Below are positions 60,539-64,000 of a stretch of 64,000 nucleotides of DNA, one piece after another. The stretch comes from Clostridia bacterium (GTDB lineage Bacteria; Bacillota; Clostridia; Oscillospirales; CAG-272). The DNA lies in NCBI GenBank assembly GCA_017463485.1, contig JAFTPD010000002.1, forward strand, positions 505 through 64,504. Direction: 5' to 3'. Every line of letters starts with the position of its first letter. Position 1 is the first letter of the stretch. The notes under the pieces are model-generated. The model saw only the letters and a list, made by a program, of their open reading frames with translations. It had not been told where the DNA came from and searched no databases. Made by a program: the position numbers and the translations under genes.

Positions 60539-61948
60539 TCAGAAGATTCGTTTTTTTGGACGCTTGCGTCGGGCAGGCTTTTGAGAATTAAATCGCTTGC
60601 CGTTGACCGAAACGCGCCGTATGTAGATTATGATAAGGACTACGAAGCATACAAGCGTTGCCGCGAATGCGCGGCTCTGCAAATACTCGCCAAATCCGTT
60701 CATGAACACCAAAAAGCCGTTCTCGCCGAATTCAGTTCCCGCAACGATACGCGCCGATCCGATAACGCATCCGCCAAATGAAACTGTAACTCTGCCCACA
60801 GCTTCACCTTTGGCTATTGGGGCTGTCAGTGGATCAGAATCGTAATGGCAGGCGGTAGTAAGGCGGCTGACGTCAAGCGCGCGGGGCATATAAGCCAATA
60901 GATCCTCGCCTGCAAGCATCTGGCTCTCACTTTTGCTGATGCCCGTCATGGCGACGGCTTGAGTGTCAAGAAGGTCTCCCGCCACATAGACCCGACGGTA
61001 AGAAAAATTGGAATTTACCCACGACAAAAGGGAATTGGCGTAGCGGTAGGTGTAATTGATGCCCTCCTCGGGAAGCTCCTTACCGCCCATAACAACGCAT
61101 ATATTGGACGCGCCGCCCTTTTCCCAAACGGTAACTGCGCAAAATCCTCCCTCGTCTGTCGCGCCCGCGTTCATACCCTTGCAATAACCGTTGAAATAGC
61201 TTTGATTTGAGCCTGATATGAGCGCGTTTCTACTTGTAAAATAACGCTTTTCGGAAATATTGGTTGCGGGGACGGTGTAATCCTTTGCCGAGCATATCTG
61301 CATGTAAAGCGAGCTTTTGTACGCCTCGCGGGCGAGTATCGCCGTGTCGCGGGCAGAGGTCACCATAGCGTCCTCATGAAGTCCCGTGGGGTTGGTGTAG
61401 TTAGTGGCGTCCATGCCAAATCTCTCGGCAGTCTTGTTCATACGCTCGACGAAAGCGGCGACAGAGCCGTCGCAAATAGTCGCGATAGCCGTTGCGGCGT
61501 CGTTGTAACCGCCGCATATAAAGCCGAACAGCAGATCCTGTATGCGGATCTCCTCGCCCTCTGTCAGCTGCATACTTCTGCCGTAAGAGCCTGCGAGCAT
61601 TGAGGAGGTGACGGTCACGCTCTCTCCAAGACGGCTGCCGAGCAGATCGCAGGCGATAAGTCCCGACATGATCTTAACTGTGGACGCGGGGAAAATTACT
61701 TCCTCAGCGTTCTTTTCGTGAAGCACAAAGGCGTTTTCCACGTTATAAAGATATACCGCTCCTACGTTCTCGTCGGTTGGAGTGGGGGGCAACAGCTCCG
61801 AAAAGCTGCTCATTGCCACCGAATAGGAGTCGTTGACGTGATCGCTCTCGGCGTATACTCCTAAAGTCCCGATAATTATGGCAAACAAAAAAACAATAAC
61901 GGCAAAGATTTTGAATTTGCGTTGATATTTAACTGCCAAGCAAATCAC
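60539..61948 (-). CDS. D-alanyl-D-alanine carboxypeptidase (S11, PBP5/DacB-like) with C-terminal membrane anchor
   Basis: 469 aa. Signal/TM segment FAVIVFLFAIIIGTLGVYA, SxxK motif PASTVKIM, and SxN motif TSRNAL. The C-terminal TM segment is AFAATLVCFVVLIIIYI. The start is uncertain: GTG 61948 is only 2-3 nt after GGAGGA, and TTG at 61939 is the alternative. Confidence 0.8.
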   Translation of the reverse strand: MICLAVKYQRKFKIFAVIVFLFAIIIGTLGVYAESDHVNDSYSVAMSSFSELLPPTPTDENVGAVYLYNVENAFVLHEKNAEEVIFPASTVKIMSGLIACDLLGSRLGESVTVTSSMLAGSYGRSMQLTEGEEIRIQDLLFGFICGGYNDAATAIATICDGSVAAFVERMNKTAERFGMDATNYTNPTGLHEDAMVTSARDTAILAREAYKSSLYMQICSAKDYTVPATNISEKRYFTSRNALISGSNQSYFNGYCKGMNAGATDEGGFCAVTVWEKGGASNICVVMGGKELPEEGINYTYRYANSLLSWVNSNFSYRRVYVAGDLLDTQAVAMTGISKSESQMLAGEDLLAYMPRALDVSRLTTACHYDSDPLTAPIAKGEAVGRVTVSFGGCVIGSARIVAGTEFGENGFLVFMNGFGEYLQSRAFAATLVCFVVLIIIYIRRVSVNGKRFNSQKPARRKRPKKRIF

Positions 61949-61965
61949 CGTCCTCCGTTATTGTT

Positions 61966-62955
61966 TTAAAGGGTACAATTTTTAAAAATTTCCTGCGCAC
62001 GCACAGCGTCGCGTGAAATGGCAAGCTTTAACTCATCTGTATCCGAAAATTTGATCTCGTCACGCAACCGCTCTACAAATTCCACTCTTACCGACTCGCC
62101 GTAAAGATCGCCTGAAAAGCCGATAACGTAGGTCTCGCAGTTGATTCGTCCGTCGCCGTCTACCGTCGGTCGAATTCCCACATTTGAAACTGCGGGGAAG
62201 ACGCCAGCATCCGTGCGGCAAAGCGCGGCATAAACGCCGCACCTCGGTATGACAGCGTCGTCGCGGAAGTTTTGATTGGCGGTAGGGAAGCCGAGCTTGC
62301 GTCCCAATTGCTTTCCGCTGACCACGGGAGCGTCAAGAAAATATCTATATCCCAAAAGGCGATTTGCCGCGTCTACGTTACCTTTTGCGATCAGGGCGCG
62401 AATATTGGTGGAGCTGACGTCAACGCCGCCAAAGGATATTTTCGGAACTACTGTGAGCGTGAAATCCTCACAGTCCGAAAAGTATTCGCCGATAAAAGCG
62501 GGCGTGCCTTTTGCAAATTTGCCAAAGCTGTAATTGTAGCCGCACACAATGCCGCGGCAAGCGCATCCGTCGTATAAAAGGCGGAGAAAATCAGCAGGAG
62601 AAAGCTCGCGCACGTCCTCAAAGTCGCACACAGCGACAAAATCAAGTCCCGCCTCACAGAACATACTCAGCTTGTCCTCAAGAGTGGTGAGGTGAAGCTT
62701 TTTTTGTCCCGCAAACGGAGGAAAATAGTCGCACGAGGGGGCGCGGAATATAAAAGCGCCGCACAGGCACTCGGAGTGAGTATCAGAGCGTCGCTTTTTT
62801 TCGTTTATACCTTCTTCGATCAGCCGCTTGTGAGCGATATGCACACCGTCAAAATTTCCAAGGCAGTAGACGGCGGCTGTCGGCTTGTCCACTTGCGTGA
62901 AGGCGTTGCTTTTCAATCGTACGAAGGAAATTTCGGGAAAGCGTGTATCAGTCAT
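61966..62955 (-). CDS. ribF: bifunctional riboflavin kinase / FAD synthetase
   Basis: The start is ATG 62955 (MTDTRFPE...), overlapping the ireB-like stop by 8 nt. Motifs: LGNFDGVHIAHKRL, LGFPTAN, and C-terminal kinase block YGESVRVEFVERLRDE.KF. Confidence 0.9.
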   Translation of the reverse strand: MTDTRFPEISFVRLKSNAFTQVDKPTAAVYCLGNFDGVHIAHKRLIEEGINEKKRRSDTHSECLCGAFIFRAPSCDYFPPFAGQKKLHLTTLEDKLSMFCEAGLDFVAVCDFEDVRELSPADFLRLLYDGCACRGIVCGYNYSFGKFAKGTPAFIGEYFSDCEDFTLTVVPKISFGGVDVSSTNIRALIAKGNVDAANRLLGYRYFLDAPVVSGKQLGRKLGFPTANQNFRDDAVIPRCGVYAALCRTDAGVFPAVSNVGIRPTVDGDGRINCETYVIGFSGDLYGESVRVEFVERLRDEIKFSDTDELKLAISRDAVRAQEIFKNCTL

Positions 62956-63292
62956 CACCGTGCATTTCCTCACTAAAAAAATCCTCGAGCAGGGCAAAGA
63001 GAAGCTTGTCCCGTCCCGCCTTGCAGGCAAGCGTGCGTGCGTTTTTGTAGTCGGGAATGTAGGTCGGCTCCTCGGTGATCACGAATCCCGAAAGCTGCGC
63101 CACGGGGTCCATACCTTTTTCTGAAATGAGCCTGTAAAGCTCGTGAAGCGTGTCCTTTGGAGTAAGCCCCTCCTCAATTTTGGTCACGGAGGTGTTGCCG
63201 TCCACGTCAGGCACGTCGAGCTGACAGATATCGTTGGGTCTTGCATCATTTGCGTGCAGATTCAGGTAAAGTATCTTGCCGTTTTCCGCCAT
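62948..63292 (-). CDS. ireB: IreB-family (UPF0297/YrzL) regulatory phosphoprotein with extended N-terminus
   Basis: The ATG at 63292 is 5 nt after GGAGG. LHELYRLISEKGMDPVAQLSGFVITEEPTYIPDYKNARTLACKAGRDKLLFALLEDFF aligns with the IreB core (...EKGYNPINQIVGY.LSGDPAYIPR.NDARN.IRK.ERDEI.EELV). Confidence 0.7.
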   Translation of the reverse strand: MAENGKILYLNLHANDARPNDICQLDVPDVDGNTSVTKIEEGLTPKDTLHELYRLISEKGMDPVAQLSGFVITEEPTYIPDYKNARTLACKAGRDKLLFALLEDFFSEEMHGDD

Positions 63293-63486
63293 AACGTCCT
63301 CCGTTTTCAAAATTTTGCCTATTACAAGCAATACATACTACTATTATACATTATTTGTCGAAGCATTTCAAGGGCTGTAAATAATTGTTTACAATTTTTT
63401 GAACATTTGTTTTTGTGGCTTGTAGGCAAAAGGGAGGTCGCACGCGAAAAAATTTTGAAAAAAGTCAAAAAAATTGAAAAAAGGTA

Positions 63487-63515
63487 TTGCAAAATAAAAA
63501 GAAGTGTGGTATAAT
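63487..63515 (+). promoter_or_regulatory. sigma-A promoter of rplS
   Basis: TTGCAA(63487-63492)-17 nt-TATAAT(63510-63515) with TGg extended -10. A-tracts lie at 63440-63486. Confidence 0.7.
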
Positions 63516-63602
63516 ACTCAAGTATGTTGCGGCGTGCCGCAACGACGTTATCACGGGTGGTCCGCTGCATGCTCGCATGAACACCTGATTATTAGGAGGG
63601 TC
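63516..63602 (+). promoter_or_regulatory. rplS 5' leader (L19-leader-like)
   Basis: An ~85-nt UTR with the hairpin GTTGCGGC-GTG-CCGCAAC and a second GC-rich segment before the AGGAGGG RBS. L19 autoregulatory leaders are known upstream of rplS in Firmicutes. Confidence 0.45.
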
Positions 63603-63950
63603 ATGATGGATTTGATCAAGGCTTTTACAAACGAGCAGCTTAAAACTGAAGTTCCCCAGTTCAATATTGGCGACACCGTTCGCGTTGAGAACAAGATCAA
63701 AGAGGGAACAAGAGAGAGAATTCAGATGTTTGAAGGAACCGTTATTGCGAAGCATGGCGGCGGAATCTCCGAGACCTTCACCGTAAGACGTATTACTTAC
63801 GGTTGCGGCGTTGAGAAGACTTTCCCCCTGCATTCCCCCAACGTAGCAGGCATTACTGTTGTTCGTGCGGGTAAGGTTCGCCGTGCGAAGCTGTACTATC
63901 TGCGCGACAGAGTTGGTAAGGCTTCCAAGGTTAAGGCTCAGATGAACTGA
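63603..63950 (+). CDS. rplS: 50S ribosomal protein L19
   Basis: The ATG at 63603 follows [59 protein letters not shown]... Confidence 0.95.
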   Translation: MMDLIKAFTNEQLKTEVPQFNIGDTVRVENKIKEGTRERIQMFEGTVIAKHGGGISETFTVRRITYGCGVEKTFPLHSPNVAGITVVRAGKVRRAKLYYLRDRVGKASKVKAQMN

Positions 63951-63969
63951 TTTTCATTCTTAAATAAAT

Positions 63970-64000
63970 GCCCATCCGATTATCGGGTGGGCGTTTGTTT
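63970..64000 (+). terminator. intrinsic terminator after rplS
   Basis: GCCCATCCGA-TTA-TCGGGTGGGC (one G-U pair) followed by GTTTGTTT. Confidence 0.75.

Noticed and set aside
1-64000. A defence island, prophage, integrative element or toxin-antitoxin cassette
   Set aside because: No integrase, transposase, phage structural gene, restriction-modification gene, cas gene, or recognisable TA or abortive-infection gene is present. Gene content and order are typical of the core chromosome. The only mobile-element-like signal is the non-coding repeat locus at 44.1-45.0 kb.

Overview
This window looks like a core chromosomal segment of a Firmicute, most likely a Clostridia (Oscillospirales-like) organism. 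That placement is inferred from gene order (dprA-topA-trmFO, plsX-rnc-smc-ftsY, yhbY-nadD-yqeK-rsfS, infC-rpmI-rplT behind an attenuator leader), AGGAGG-type ribosome-binding sites and many near-consensus TTGACA-17-TATAAT promoters. I call 53 protein-coding genes, two of them below the ORF-track size cutoff. I also call 2 tRNAs (one cut by the window edge), three ribosomal-protein leader regions, about a dozen promoters and a dozen intrinsic terminators. The content is mostly housekeeping: translation, DNA topology and repair, cell envelope, tRNA modification and secretion. I see no CRISPR array, prophage, transposase, recombinase or recognisable defence gene, so I cannot point to a clear multi-gene novel system. 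The most unusual items follow. (1) An ~850-bp gene-free locus at 44.1-45.0 kb, between pcrA and ogg, is dense in repeats and hairpins. It holds two ~200-bp direct repeats whose long hairpins are kept despite different apical sequence, and a 562-bp segment bounded by ~50-bp inverted repeats with TA flanks. (2) An unannotated 49-aa Asn/Gln-rich ORF follows two paralogous polytopic membrane proteins downstream of secA. (3) A receiver-less LytTR regulator is followed by an unannotated 45-aa membrane/lipoprotein-like peptide. (4) A 1139-aa surface protein with six 17-residue Tyr-periodic repeats sits next to a fused Wzz/BY-kinase and a CpsB phosphatase, with no polysaccharide synthesis genes nearby. 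(5) Three M42 peptidase paralogs lie in tandem. (6) Ribosomal protein L10 carries an Ala/Glu/Pro tail. All functional calls come from reading motifs in the translations, because no database search could be run.
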